Of a stretch of DNA of 64,000 bases, positions 39,598 through 50,100 are shown piece by piece; within the stretch, counting starts at the first letter, position 1, and each line of letters begins with the position of its first letter. A model generated the notes under the pieces. The model was not told where the DNA came from. It saw only the letters and a list, made by a program, of their open reading frames with translations, and ran no database searches. Position numbers and translations under genes: made by a program. The DNA is taken from positions 1,952,001 to 2,016,000 of the forward strand of contig JASGHJ010000001.1 in assembly GCA_047602405.1 (NCBI GenBank), given 5' to 3'. The DNA comes from Anaeromyxobacteraceae bacterium (GTDB lineage Bacteria > Myxococcota > Myxococcia > Myxococcales > Anaeromyxobacteraceae).

Positions 39598-42309
39598 ATG
39601 GCGGTGACCTGGCGGCCGGGGATGAAGGTGGTCCATCGCGCCCAGCGGACGTGGGGCGTGGGGGTCGTGGTCCAGGTCGCGGACGAGGGCCGGCGGATCG
39701 CGGTGCGGTTCGCCGGGCGCGACGGCGTCACCGTGGTCTCGGGGCGCGACCCCGCGCTCGCCGAGGTGCCGGCCGACACGCCGATCGAGAGCGGCGTCGG
39801 CGGCCCCGCGGAGCAGCTCGCGGGCGGCACGCCGGGCTCGGCCTCGGCGTTCTCGCTGCGCAGCCGGGTCGTGCGGCTCGAGGCGCTCCGCCGGGCGGAC
39901 TCGCTCGGCGCGCTCCTCTCCTCCCGCGTGCACGTCCTCCCGCACCAGGTCGGCGCGGCCGGGCGCATCCTCTCCGATCGCATGCCGCGGTTCGTCCTCG
40001 CCGACGAGGTCGGCCTCGGAAAGACCGTGGAGGCGGGCCTCGTGTTCGCGGGGCTGCGCCAGCTCGGCATCGCCGAGCGCGCGCTCGTGGTGGTGCCGGA
40101 GCACCTCTCCTTCCAGTGGCTCGCCGAGCTCTTCCACAAGTTCAACGCGCTCTTCACGCTCCTCACCGACGCGCGCATCGACGAGCTCGGCGGCCCCGCC
40201 GAGGCCCTCGCCCGGAGCCCGCTCGCGATCGTGTCGCACGAGGCGCTGCGCGACGACGAGGAGCTCGCCGAGGCCGCGGCGAAGGTGCCCTGGGACCTCG
40301 TCGTCGTCGACGAGGCGCACCACCTCGCCGACGACGCGCTCCACGACGCGGTCGCCCCGGTCACGAAGGCGAGCTTCGGCGTGCTGCTCCTCACCGCGAC
40401 GCCGGTGCGCCTCGATCCGCGCGAGTACTTCCGCCTGCTCTCGCTCGTCGAGCCCGTGCCCTCGACCACGCTCGAGGAGTTCCTCGCCCGCCTCGAGCAC
40501 CACGAGCAGTACGCCGAGATCGCGCGCGGGCTCCTCTCCGGCGCGAAGCCCGGCGCGGCGCTCGCGAAGCTCAGGAAGCTCGCGCCGGAGGACCCGCTCT
40601 TCTCCCGCGACGACCCGCCCCCGGATGCCCTCGAGCTCCTCGCCTGGCTCTCCGACCGCTACGGCCTCTCCGGCCGGCTCATCCGCAACCGCCGCGTGAA
40701 GGTCGGCGCGTTCACGAAGCGCGTGCTCCGCCGCGAGGACGTCGGCGAGGGCCAGAAGGCCGCGGCGCTCGTCGCGACGGTGGCACGCCTCGCGAGGCGA
40801 GGACCCGCCGGGCAGCACGGCGAGAAGGTGCTCGTGTTCGGCGGCGACGTCGACGCGCTCCGGGAGCTGCAGGCCGGGCTCGCGGGCGCCGGGCTCGAGG
40901 CGCTCCTCTACGACGATGCGCCCTCCATCGAGGCGCGCGACCGGCTCGTGGCGCGGTTCCGCGATCCCGAGGGGCCGATGGTGCTCCTCTCCGGCGAGTC
41001 CGGCGGCGAGGGGCGCAACTTCCAGTTCGCCTCGCACCTCGTGTGCGCCGACCTGCCGGCGTCCCCGCTCGTGCTCGAGCAGCGCATCGGCCGGCTCGAC
41101 CGGCTCGGGCAGACGCGGCCGGTCGAGATCCACGTCGTGGTCGAGCCCGGCGAGGAGGCGTTCCTCGCCGACCTCTACGCGAACGAGATCGGCATCTTCG
41201 AGGAGCCGGTCGGCGGCCTCGACGCGGTGCTCGCGTCCTTGCCGGAGGAGCTCGAGGCGCTCTCCCGCAAGCGCACCGCGAAGGGCCGCGACACCTTCCG
41301 CAAGGCCCTCGCGGAGCGCGTCGCCGCCGCCCGCAAGGCGCAGCACGAGGGCGACCCGCTCCTCGACATCCGCTCGGCGTCGCTGCCGGAGCTCGGCGCG
41401 CTCGTCGAGGGCGCGTTCCGCCGGCTCGGCGACGAGCCGCCGGAGCTCGGCGGCACCGACGCGGGGCCGGTCGGGCTCGCGCTCGGGACGCTCTCGAAGT
41501 GGCTCGAGGAGGAGCTCGAGGACGTCGTCTGCGAGGTCGCGCACCGGGTCGGCATCGAGGTCGACACCGATCAGAACGTGCATCCGTTCGAGGCCGCGTT
41601 CACGCTCGGCGCGCACATGAAGATCGAGGCGCTCCCGGGCATGACCATGCCGGAGGAGCCGCAGACGCTGCTCGGCAGCTTCTGGCGCGAGACCGCGGTC
41701 GCGCGCGACGAGCTCGAGTGGTACGCGACGGGCCACCGGCTCGTCGAGGCCTTGCTCGGCATCGTGCGCGACGGGGACGCCGGCCGCTCCGCGTGCGTGC
41801 GCCGCGAGTGGGCGCCCCGCCGCGGCGCGCTCTACGCGCGCTTCGAGCCGCGCCTCGCCTCCGGCTCCGACCTCGCGCCGGGCGCCCGCGTGGCGTCCAG
41901 GCAGGCGTCGCGGTACCTCGACCTCTCGCCGATCTCGGTCATGGTCGACCTCGAGGCGCCGCACGCCGAGGTGAAGGGCGGCGCGGCGCGGCTCGAGGAG
42001 GAGGCGGAGGGCCTCGAGGACGCGCGCACCGGCCCCGCGCCGGCGGCCGTCCTCGCGGCGGCGATCGCGGCCGCGGAGGCCCGCGCGAGAGCCGAGCTCG
42101 CGCGGCGGGTCGAGGACGCGCAGGCGCGGCTCCTCGCGCACGCGTCGGGAGAGGAGGAGCGGCTCGTCGAGTCGGCCTTCCTCGGCGGCGCGCCGCCGGC
42201 GCGCATCGAGAACGCGCTCGTGACGCTCCGGCACCACCGCGAGGTCGTGGGGAAGGCGATCGCACGGGCCGCGCTGGGGGTCGACGCGCTGGCGCTCGTC
42301 GTGCCCTGA
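39598..42309 (+). CDS. SNF2-family helicase, RapA/HepA-like
   Basis: LADEVGLGKT, DEAH, TATP, EGRNFQFA, EQRIGRLDR. Confidence 0.9.
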   Translation: MAVTWRPGMKVVHRAQRTWGVGVVVQVADEGRRIAVRFAGRDGVTVVSGRDPALAEVPADTPIESGVGGPAEQLAGGTPGSASAFSLRSRVVRLEALRRADSLGALLSSRVHVLPHQVGAAGRILSDRMPRFVLADEVGLGKTVEAGLVFAGLRQLGIAERALVVVPEHLSFQWLAELFHKFNALFTLLTDARIDELGGPAEALARSPLAIVSHEALRDDEELAEAAAKVPWDLVVVDEAHHLADDALHDAVAPVTKASFGVLLLTATPVRLDPREYFRLLSLVEPVPSTTLEEFLARLEHHEQYAEIARGLLSGAKPGAALAKLRKLAPEDPLFSRDDPPPDALELLAWLSDRYGLSGRLIRNRRVKVGAFTKRVLRREDVGEGQKAAALVATVARLARRGPAGQHGEKVLVFGGDVDALRELQAGLAGAGLEALLYDDAPSIEARDRLVARFRDPEGPMVLLSGESGGEGRNFQFASHLVCADLPASPLVLEQRIGRLDRLGQTRPVEIHVVVEPGEEAFLADLYANEIGIFEEPVGGLDAVLASLPEELEALSRKRTAKGRDTFRKALAERVAAARKAQHEGDPLLDIRSASLPELGALVEGAFRRLGDEPPELGGTDAGPVGLALGTLSKWLEEELEDVVCEVAHRVGIEVDTDQNVHPFEAAFTLGAHMKIEALPGMTMPEEPQTLLGSFWRETAVARDELEWYATGHRLVEALLGIVRDGDAGRSACVRREWAPRRGALYARFEPRLASGSDLAPGARVASRQASRYLDLSPISVMVDLEAPHAEVKGGAARLEEEAEGLEDARTGPAPAAVLAAAIAAAEARARAELARRVEDAQARLLAHASGEEERLVESAFLGGAPPARIENALVTLRHHREVVGKAIARAALGVDALALVVP

Positions 42310-42492
42310 CCGGGGCCGTCACGAAGCGCCCCGCTGCGCCTCCAGTCCACTTCGCTGCATCAACGTCCGTTTCGCGGACGGTGCGTCCTGCCCGCTGCAG
42401 TCACAGGGCGGTCAGGGGCTTGACGGGGCTCGGACCCTTTGCCAAACCAGGGTGTACGGAAGGGGGCACCACGCCCTCGGGGGAGTAGATCG

Positions 42493-43128
42493 ATGATCGC
42501 CGCACTCGCGCTCGCGCTGATCGCAGGGCAGTCGCAGCCCGCCGTCCAGGACGACTTCTACATGGACGAGCCTGCGAAGAAGGACGAGGAGACGCACATC
42601 CTCGAGGCGCGCGCCGGGGCGGGCGGGGCCACGATCTTCGACGTGCCGGGCGTGGGCATGGCCGCCGAGACCGGCCTCGAGTTCAAGCCCTGGGGCCCGG
42701 TGGCGCTCCGCCTGTCCGTCGGCTCCAACATGAAGATCGGCTGGGGCACGTTCTACGCGGCACCCGAGGCGGTGTTCCGCCTGCGCGACACGAAGTCGAC
42801 CTTCTCTCCGTACATCGCCATCGGCGGCAACCTCACGGTCGTCAACATCTCCGACGACGCGCTCGGCATCGATCGCATCCCGACCTGGCGCGCGAACCAG
42901 GGCGCGGCCGCCGGCTCCGACGGGCAGGAGGTCTTCCGCTCGCAGGACTCGCCGGGCGGGATGGCGCTCCGCGCCTCGGCGATGCCGCAGGCGACGCTCG
43001 GCCTCCGCTGGCAGGCCTTCAAGACCTACGCGCTCGACTTCGGTGGGCGCTGGACGATGCTGCGCTTCCACGGCGACACGTACCAGAACTTCTCGATCGT
43101 GATGGCGCTGTGCATGCCGTCGACCTGA
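42493..43128 (+). CDS. Putative outer-membrane beta-barrel protein
   Basis: Signal peptide; alternating hydrophobic strands; PYIAIGG. Confidence 0.6.
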   Translation: MIAALALALIAGQSQPAVQDDFYMDEPAKKDEETHILEARAGAGGATIFDVPGVGMAAETGLEFKPWGPVALRLSVGSNMKIGWGTFYAAPEAVFRLRDTKSTFSPYIAIGGNLTVVNISDDALGIDRIPTWRANQGAAAGSDGQEVFRSQDSPGGMALRASAMPQATLGLRWQAFKTYALDFGGRWTMLRFHGDTYQNFSIVMALCMPST

Positions 43129-43132
43129 TCTC

Positions 43133-43161
43133 CTTCGCGATTCGCATCGCGAATCGCGAAG
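43133..43161. terminator. 13-bp perfect hairpin between convergent genes
   Basis: CTTCGCGATTCGC-ATC-GCGAATCGCGAAG. Confidence 0.6.
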
Positions 43162-43249
43162 CAGCTCAGGTCTTTCTTGGTCTTGGGGGGCTTCGCCCCC
43201 CTCCCGCAAAACGGAGCTCTGCGGGGCCCCTCTGCCCCACGGGGCTGCT

Positions 43250-44377
43250 CTACGCGCAGAACCTCGCGATCGCGCGGCCCAGGATCTCCGTCGCCTTCGC
43301 GACCTCGGCGAGGTCCACGTGCTCGCCGGTCCGGTGCGCGACCGTGATGTCGCCGGGGCCGAACACGCAGGCCTCCGCGCCGAGCCCGATCACCTCCGGC
43401 AGCTCCGTGCCGAACGGCACGGTCACCGAGCGCGCGCCGCTCTCCGCCTCGAGGAAGCGCACGATCTCCGCCTCCGGCGGCGTGACGGCCGCGGCGTCGG
43501 TGCGGAGCGGCGCGATGTGCGCGTGCAGCTTGCCGCCGCTCGCGGCGGTGAGCCGGTGCACGGCCTCCTCCACGAGCCGGAGCGCGCGGCGCGGGTCCTG
43601 GCCGGGCAGGGGGCGCCACTCGTAGCTGAAGCGGCACTCGCCCGCGATGATGTTGCGGGCCTTCCCGCCCTGCACGACGCCGACGTTCCAGGTGGTGTGC
43701 GGCGGGTCGAAGCTCTCGTCGCGCTCCGCGCGGAGCACCTCGCCGATCTGCTCGAGGTCGGGGAAGAGCCGGCCGAAGGCGTGGATGGCCGAGGCGCCGA
43801 CGTCCGGGTAGGCCGAGTGGCCCTCGACGCCCTCCACGACGACCTCCACGGCGCAGTAGCCCTTGTGCGCGCGCACCGGCACGAGCCGGGTCGGCTCGCC
43901 CACGATGGCGTGGCGCGGGTGGACGCGGGCCTCGGCGAGGAGCTGCTTCGCGCCCAGGCAGCCGACCTCCTCGTCGGCCGTGAACAGGAGGAGCAGCGGG
44001 CCGCCGTGCTCTCGCACCTCGCCGGCGGCGGTCAGGGCCGCGGCGAGGAAGGCCTTCGTGTCCGCCGAGCCCCGGCCGTAGAGCTTGCCGTCGCGGATGG
44101 GCGCCGCGAGCGCCTCGGCCCACTCCGGATCGAACGGGACGCAGTCGGTGTGCCCCACCAGCGCGAGCCCGCCCGGCTCCCGGGGGCCCCGGTGGCAGAC
44201 GAGGTTGCCCTTCTCGACGCCGCTCGCGTCGGCCCAGGTCTGGCGGCGGGTCTCGAACCCCCGGAGGTGGGCCTCCCGCTCGAGGAGGTCCAGCACCGGC
44301 AGGTTGGAGCGCGCCGAGGTCGAGTCGATGGCGACGAGGGCGCGCAGCAGCGCGACGGTGTCCGACGCTGGGTCCAT
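43250..44377 (-). CDS. argE: Acetylornithine deacetylase (M20)
   Basis: GHTDCVP, GRGSADTK, DEEVGC, GEPT, AHKG, FGTE. Confidence 0.88.
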   Translation of the reverse strand: MDPASDTVALLRALVAIDSTSARSNLPVLDLLEREAHLRGFETRRQTWADASGVEKGNLVCHRGPREPGGLALVGHTDCVPFDPEWAEALAAPIRDGKLYGRGSADTKAFLAAALTAAGEVREHGGPLLLLFTADEEVGCLGAKQLLAEARVHPRHAIVGEPTRLVPVRAHKGYCAVEVVVEGVEGHSAYPDVGASAIHAFGRLFPDLEQIGEVLRAERDESFDPPHTTWNVGVVQGGKARNIIAGECRFSYEWRPLPGQDPRRALRLVEEAVHRLTAASGGKLHAHIAPLRTDAAAVTPPEAEIVRFLEAESGARSVTVPFGTELPEVIGLGAEACVFGPGDITVAHRTGEHVDLAEVAKATEILGRAIARFCA

Positions 44378-44474
44378 GGAGGGAGGCTAACATCTATGCC
44401 GTTCGCCAGCCTGTCCTCGGCGGATCCGCCGGGGTAGGATGCGTCACCCTCGAGGGCCCGGAGACCGCCGCACG

Positions 44475-45299
44475 GTGACGCTGCGCTTCGCGAAATACCA
44501 CGGCATCGGCAACGACTTCGTCGTGGTCGAGGGCCCGCTCATGGACGCCGCGCGGGCCGCGCGCCTCTGCGACCGCCGTCGCGGGGTCGGGGCCGACGGC
44601 GTGCTCACCGTCCTGCCGCCCACGACGCCCGGGGCCGTGGCCCGGATGCACATCTTCAACTCCGACGGCTCGGTCGCCGCGATGTGCGGGAACGGGATCC
44701 GGTGCGTGGCGAAGGACCTCGTCCCTCGTCTTCGCGCCGCCTCGGGCGGAGCGACGCTCGGGGCGAACGGTGGCGAGCTCGAGATGGTCATCGACACGGA
44801 CGCCGGCCCGAAGCGCTGCGTCGCCCACCTCGACGCGGCCGGGGAGGCGCAGGCCGTCACGGTCGAGATGGGGCCCGCGAAGCTCCTCGGCGAGGAGGAC
44901 TTCACGGTGGGTGGCGAGCGGCTGCGCGCGGTCCGGGTCTCGATGGGCAACCCGCACGCCGTCTTCTTCGACGCGCCGACCCGCGAGCGCGCGACCGCCA
45001 TCGGCCCGCTCGTCGAGAGGGCGGTCCCGGGCGGCGTGAACGCCGGCTTCTCGCGGCCCGGTCCGCACGGCATCGACCTCGTGGTGTGGGAGCGCGGCGC
45101 GGGGCTGACGGAGGCGTGCGGCACCGGCGCCTGCGCGGCGGCCGTCGCGGCCGTGGCGCGCGGCCTCGCGGCGGCGGGGAAGCCCGTCGAGGTCCGCCTG
45201 CCCGGAGGCCCGCTCGAGATCACCGTCGCGCCCGACCTCGCCTCGGTGCGCATGCGCGGCCCGGCCGCGCTCACGTACCGCGGGGAGACGGAGCTCTAG
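44475..45299 (+). CDS. dapF: Diaminopimelate epimerase
   Basis: KYHGIGNDF, MCGNGIRC, MGNPH, ERGAG, ACGTG. Confidence 0.95.
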   Translation: MTLRFAKYHGIGNDFVVVEGPLMDAARAARLCDRRRGVGADGVLTVLPPTTPGAVARMHIFNSDGSVAAMCGNGIRCVAKDLVPRLRAASGGATLGANGGELEMVIDTDAGPKRCVAHLDAAGEAQAVTVEMGPAKLLGEEDFTVGGERLRAVRVSMGNPHAVFFDAPTRERATAIGPLVERAVPGGVNAGFSRPGPHGIDLVVWERGAGLTEACGTGACAAAVAAVARGLAAAGKPVEVRLPGGPLEITVAPDLASVRMRGPAALTYRGETEL

Positions 45300-47178
45300 A
45301 TGGCGACCGGGCGCATCCTCGTCGTCGACGACGAGAAGTTCTTCCTCGAGCTCCTGCGCGACACGCTCTCCGGCGCCGGCTACTCGGTGCGGACGGCGGG
45401 CTCCGGCGAGGACGCGCTGAAGCTCCTCGGCGCCGGCACCGAGAGCTTCGACCTCGTCGTGACCGACATGGTCATGCCGGGGATGGACGGGATCGCGCTC
45501 ATCCGGGAGTCGAAGCGCGTCAACCCGGACGTCGAGGTGGTGGCCCTCACCGGCCGCGACGACGTGAAGCTCGCCGTCACCGCCATGAAGGCGGGCTGCG
45601 CCGACTTCCTGCAGAAGCCGGTCGACGCGAAGGAGCTCCTCGAGGTCGCCGCGAAGGCGCTCGGGCGGGTGCAGCTGAAGCGCGAGCACTCGCAGCTCCT
45701 CGAGGAGAACCTCGAGTTCGTGAAGTCCCAGGCGCTCCACCGCCAGGGGCTCCTCATCCTCTCCACGCTCGACGGCGAGCGGATCCAGGACCTCGCCCTC
45801 ACCGTGCTGGCGCGGGTGACCGACGCGCAGGGCGCCGCCATCTGGACGGCGGAGGAGCGGGGCGTGCTCGCGCTGCGCGGGTACCGCGGCCTCGTCGACC
45901 GCACCGCGCTGCCCCCGCGGGTGGACCCGCGCGACCCGGCGTGGAAGGACGCGCTCCGGCTCGCGTCGCCCTTCCCGGTGCCCGGCAGCGGCGGGACGGG
46001 CGACGCCTTCATGGTGCCGCTCCTCGTCGAGGACGAGCCCATCGGCCTCGTGCTGCTGTCCGATCGGGCCCGGGGGCCCTTCGGTCCCGAGCAGCACGCC
46101 TCCGCCGTCACCGTCGCCGACTTCGCCGCCATCGCGCTCAAGAACGCGCGGCGCTTCCAGGCGGTCGAGCGGATCGGCCTGCGCGACCGCGAGACCGGCG
46201 CGTACAACCTCGCCTACTTCGTCGACTATGCGGGCAAGGAGTTCTACAAGGCCCGGCGCTACGCCCGCGCGTTCTCGCTCGCGGTGCTCTCCTTCGACAA
46301 CGCCGAGCAGGTGCGCAAGGAGGCCGGGCGCGAGCTCTTCCGCCGCGCCTCGCGCGACATCGTCACCGCCGTCTCGCGCGTCGTGCGCGACGCCGACATC
46401 CTCGCGAAGGTGTCGGAGTCCGAGTACTACGTGCTCCTCCCCGAGACCGACTACTTCGGCGCGCTCATGTTCGTCCGGCGCGCGCACGAGGAGATCCGGA
46501 AGGAGGAGGCGATCCGGCAGCTCGAGGAGAAGTGCCCGGCGCGCATCTCGATGGGCGCCTCGACCTTCCCGAAGGACGGGGAGGACTTCGACGAGCTGCT
46601 CCACTGGGCGCGGGTGCGGGTCGAGGAGCAGCGCGCCTCGCTCCTGCGCCAGTTCCAGGCCGGGGACCTCGACCCCTCCGCCTTCTGGGAGCTCGCCGAC
46701 GTGCTGCTCGCCGACGAGCCGGCGCTGCCGGAGGGCTCGCCCTCGGCGCGGGTGCAGGCCGACCGCGAGCTCTTCGAGGCGGCCCAGCGCGAGGCGGCGC
46801 TCGAGATCGCCCGCGACCCCCGCGCGCGCGGGCTGCTCTACGTGGGGCTCGGCGGCGGCCTCTCCACCGCGCCGGTGCTGCACGCGCTGCCGGCGGGCGA
46901 CACCTCCTCGCGCGCAGGGGACCCGACCGTGCGGGTGTACCTGCTCGGCCCGCGCGGCCGCGACGTCGAGCGCACCCCGCACCCGCTCGTCTCGGAGGTC
47001 TTCCTCGACGGCGACAAGCGCTTCCAGGCGCACGAGTTCCTGCTTCTTCATCTCGGAGCACTCCGCCTACGGCCTCATCAGCGGCCCGAACGGCCGGATG
47101 TTCCACACCGCCGACGTGCCGCTCGTGGACGCACTCGTCTCGAAGCTGCAGGCCCTCTACGACCTCACCCCCGCCTGA
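45300..47178 (+). CDS. REC-GAF-degenerate GGDEF protein; +1 frameshift at ~47045
   Basis: VVDDE...TDMVMPGMDG; DRETGAYN; RDAD...SESEY. Confidence 0.8.
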
Positions 47179-47183
47179 GCGCC

Positions 47184-48648
47184 ATGCCCCCGGTCCGCAA
47201 GATCCTCATCGCCGATCCCGACGCCAGCATCGTGCGCGCCCTCGCCCCGGCCCTGCGCCAGCGCGGCTACCAGGTCCACGCGGCGCGAGACGGCACCCGC
47301 GCGCTGCAGGTGGCGATCCTCCGCTTCCCGGACGTCATCCTCCTCGACGACAAGACCCCGCTCCTCGACCCGCGCACCTTCATGCGGATCCTCCGCACGA
47401 ACCCGCGCACCGAGCGGATCCCGGTCGTGCTCATGGGCGACACCGCGGACGCCGACAAGGCGCGCCTCGGCGTCTTCGTGAAGAAGCCGTTCAAGGCCGA
47501 CGAGGTCGTCGCGCGCATCGAGCAGATCTTCCGCCGGGTGGATGCGTCGAAGGCGGTCGCCGGCGAGAGCCGCGAGATCGAGGGCGACCTCGCGCAGATC
47601 CCGCTCGTCGACCTCCTGCAGATCCTCGCCGTGAACCGCAAGACCGGGAAGCTCGCGGTCGAGCGCGAGGGCGAGAAGGCGGAGGTCTACCTCAAGGACG
47701 GCAAGATCACCGACGCGGCCATGGGCGCCGCCACGGGCGAGAAGGCCCTGTGGCGCCTGCTGGGCAGCCGCGAGGGCCAGTTCGCCTTCCTGCCCGGGCC
47801 GGGCGGCGCCGAGCGCATCGACCGCAAGGTGGACGAGCTCGTGCTCGAGGGGCTCCGGCAGGCCGACGAGGTCGCGCGCCTCGCCGACCAGCTCCCGCCC
47901 CCGACCGATCACATCGAGCTCACGCTCGATCCCCTCCGAGCTCCCCGCGGGCCTGCACCCGGTGACCGAGGAGGTCGTCGCGCTCCTCGCGACGCCGCGC
48001 AGCTTCCAGGAGCTCGTCGATCGCACGAAGTCGAGCGACCTCGAGGCCATCCGCGCGGTGCTCGCGCTCCTCGACCGCGGCTACGCGCGCCGCCGCCGCG
48101 GCCCGCCACCGCCCGTCGACACCGGCGCCCTGCTCGGCTCGCACGAGGTCCACGCGCTCCGCCAGCGGATCGCCCGCGGCCGCTCGTCGGGCAACCAGAC
48201 CGTCGGCAAGGTCGTGCTCGCCGGCGGCGGCCCGCTCGCGCGGCGGGCGGCGCTCGCGCGGTTCCAGACCCTCGCCGGCTTCCAGGCGGCCCCCGGCGGC
48301 GCCTCCGGCTTCGGCACGCTCGGCCGGCTCTCGCTGGGCGAGGGCGTGCGGGTCGACGTGGTCGAGATCCCCGGCGACCCGTCGCTCCGCCCGCTGCGCG
48401 GCCCGTTCTCGGCCGGCGCGGTCGGCGCGCTCGTCCTGCTCCCGGCCGAGGACGACGGCGCGCTGCTCTCCGACCTCTCGAACGGCCAGCGGCTCCCGCT
48501 CGTCGTGTGCGGCCCGTCCGAGCACTCGGTGCCGCAGTACCTCCGGGAGGCGCCCGGCGGCTTCGCCTTCGGCGGGCCCGACGCGGCAGAGGCGCTCCGC
48601 ATGCTCCTCGCCGGCGCCGCCGCGAAGGGGAACGCGGAGGCGGCGTAG
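47184..48648 (+). CDS. REC-DUF4388(PATAN)-degenerate GTPase-like protein; +1 frameshift at ~47932
   Basis: REC domain; EGDLAQIPLVDLLQIL...KTGKL; C-terminal KVVLAG...VDVVEIPGD. Confidence 0.75.
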
Positions 48649-48651
48649 CGG

Positions 48652-49063
48652 CTACTTCGGCCGGTTCTTCAGCCACTCCCCGAACATCCGGTCGGTCCGG
48701 TAGATGTGCTCGCGCAGCCAGGTGGTCACCCGGTTGCCGACCCGGATCACGAACCGGTTGGTGGGCCCCTCGGTCTGCAGCTCGAGCCGCAGCACCTCGA
48801 GCTCGCGGACGAACGAGCGGTGCTCGAGGCGGTGACTCTCGATCCGGTCGTAGGCGGCCTGGATCATCAGGCCCTCCTCCGCGGAGAAGTGCTCCACGAC
48901 GTACTGGCCGAGGTACTCGAGGAGGCGGACGACCTCCTCCTTCGAGCGGTGCTCGCGGGACGCGTCGAGGAGCCGCGCCAGGCGCGCGAAGAAGCTCGCG
49001 GTGCTGGTCGTCGATGACGTCGTGGCCGGTGAGGAGGACGGGGTCGAACTCGAGCGGCGCCAA
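48652..49063 (-). CDS. Bacteriohemerythrin; +1 frameshift at ~48991
   Basis: IDDQH...HFSAEE...HRLEH...HIYRTD. Confidence 0.85.
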
Positions 49064-49066
49064 GCG

Positions 49067-49390
49067 CTAGCCTCCGATGGCCGCCACGAGCTCCTCGCCC
49101 AGCGCGGCGCGGACCTCGGGGCTCTGGCAGAGGAGCCGGAACTCGGCGCCTGTCAGGTAGGACGTGCGGCGGCTGCGGGCGCCGGTGAGCTCCACCCGGA
49201 CACGCCCCTCCTCGCGGGCCGCGGTGACGGACCAGCCGCGCGCGAGGTCGCGCTCGATGGAGCGCAGGTGCCGGTGGATGCGCAGGGCCTCCTTCCCCTC
49301 GGGCGAGGAGAGGGCCAGGAAGAAGCGGTTCCTGCTGAAGCCGGGGTCCGAGCGCAGCCGCTCGACGGCCCGGGCGACGAACCCGCGCAT
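49067..49390 (-). CDS. Hypothetical protein
   Basis: MRGFVARAVERL...FSRNRFF...; host-like codon usage; abuts the downstream gene. Confidence 0.65.
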   Translation of the reverse strand: MRGFVARAVERLRSDPGFSRNRFFLALSSPEGKEALRIHRHLRSIERDLARGWSVTAAREEGRVRVELTGARSRRTSYLTGAEFRLLCQSPEVRAALGEELVAAIGG

Positions 49391-49494
49391 GTCACGTTTG
49401 TAGCATGCGACGGGGTGCCACGGGAGCCCCTGTCCCTCGTCTTCGCGGCCGCTTGCGCGGCCGCCACGCTCGGGACGAAAGGACGACGAGGAGC

Positions 49495-49941
49495 TCACGC
49501 GACGGTCGGGAGCGCCTCGTCGGACGGGACGTTGCCCGTCCAGCGGCGCGCCTTCACGAAGCGGGCGAGCGTGACGTCGCTGCCGTAGATGTGATCGCGC
49601 AGCCAGCCGCCGACGTCGCGATCGAGCCGCAGCACGAGCTCGGCGGAGCTGCCGTGCTCGGCGAGCGAGAGGTCGAGCCGGGACACCGCGGCCTTGAAGC
49701 CCTCGTGCTCGGCGTGGTGCCGCTCGAGGTCGGGGTAGGCGACCACGCGCATCAGCGCCTCCTCCGCGTCGAAGTGCACGCGCACGTAGTCGGCGAGGAA
49801 GTCGAGCATCCGCCCGGCCTCGGTCCGGTCGCGGCGCAGGATCGCGTCCTCCAGCCGCTCGAACCGGCGGAAGAGCTCCTGGTGCTGCTCGTCGATCCCG
49901 CGCACGCCCACGGCGAGCGCGCTGGTCCAGCGAAGCGCCAC
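49495..49941 (-). CDS. Bacteriohemerythrin
   Basis: WTSALAVG...IDEQH...HFDAEE...HHAEH...HIYGSD. Confidence 0.9.
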   Translation of the reverse strand: MALRWTSALAVGVRGIDEQHQELFRRFERLEDAILRRDRTEAGRMLDFLADYVRVHFDAEEALMRVVAYPDLERHHAEHEGFKAAVSRLDLSLAEHGSSAELVLRLDRDVGGWLRDHIYGSDVTLARFVKARRWTGNVPSDEALPTVA

Positions 49942-50100
49942 GGCGAGACTCCCGGAAGTCTGCGAAGCGACCGCCAGTATGGGCAACCCTGCGCAGAAAG
50001 GGTGTGCGGCACGCGGCCGCACCCCTCGTCGAGAGTGAGGTCGCGAGGCTGCGCGCGGCGCGTTGACGCGGGTCAGGGCCCGGTGCGAGGGCGCGGCCCC

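Noticed and set aside
39598..42309. SNF2 helicase as part of a DISARM/Zorya-type defence system
   Set aside because: RapA-like architecture, host codon usage and no defence partner genes nearby
45300..49070. 1256-aa REC-GGDEF-REC-DUF4388 fusion in the ORF track
   Set aside because: Artefact of the frameshifts at ~47045 and ~47932 joining two separate genes
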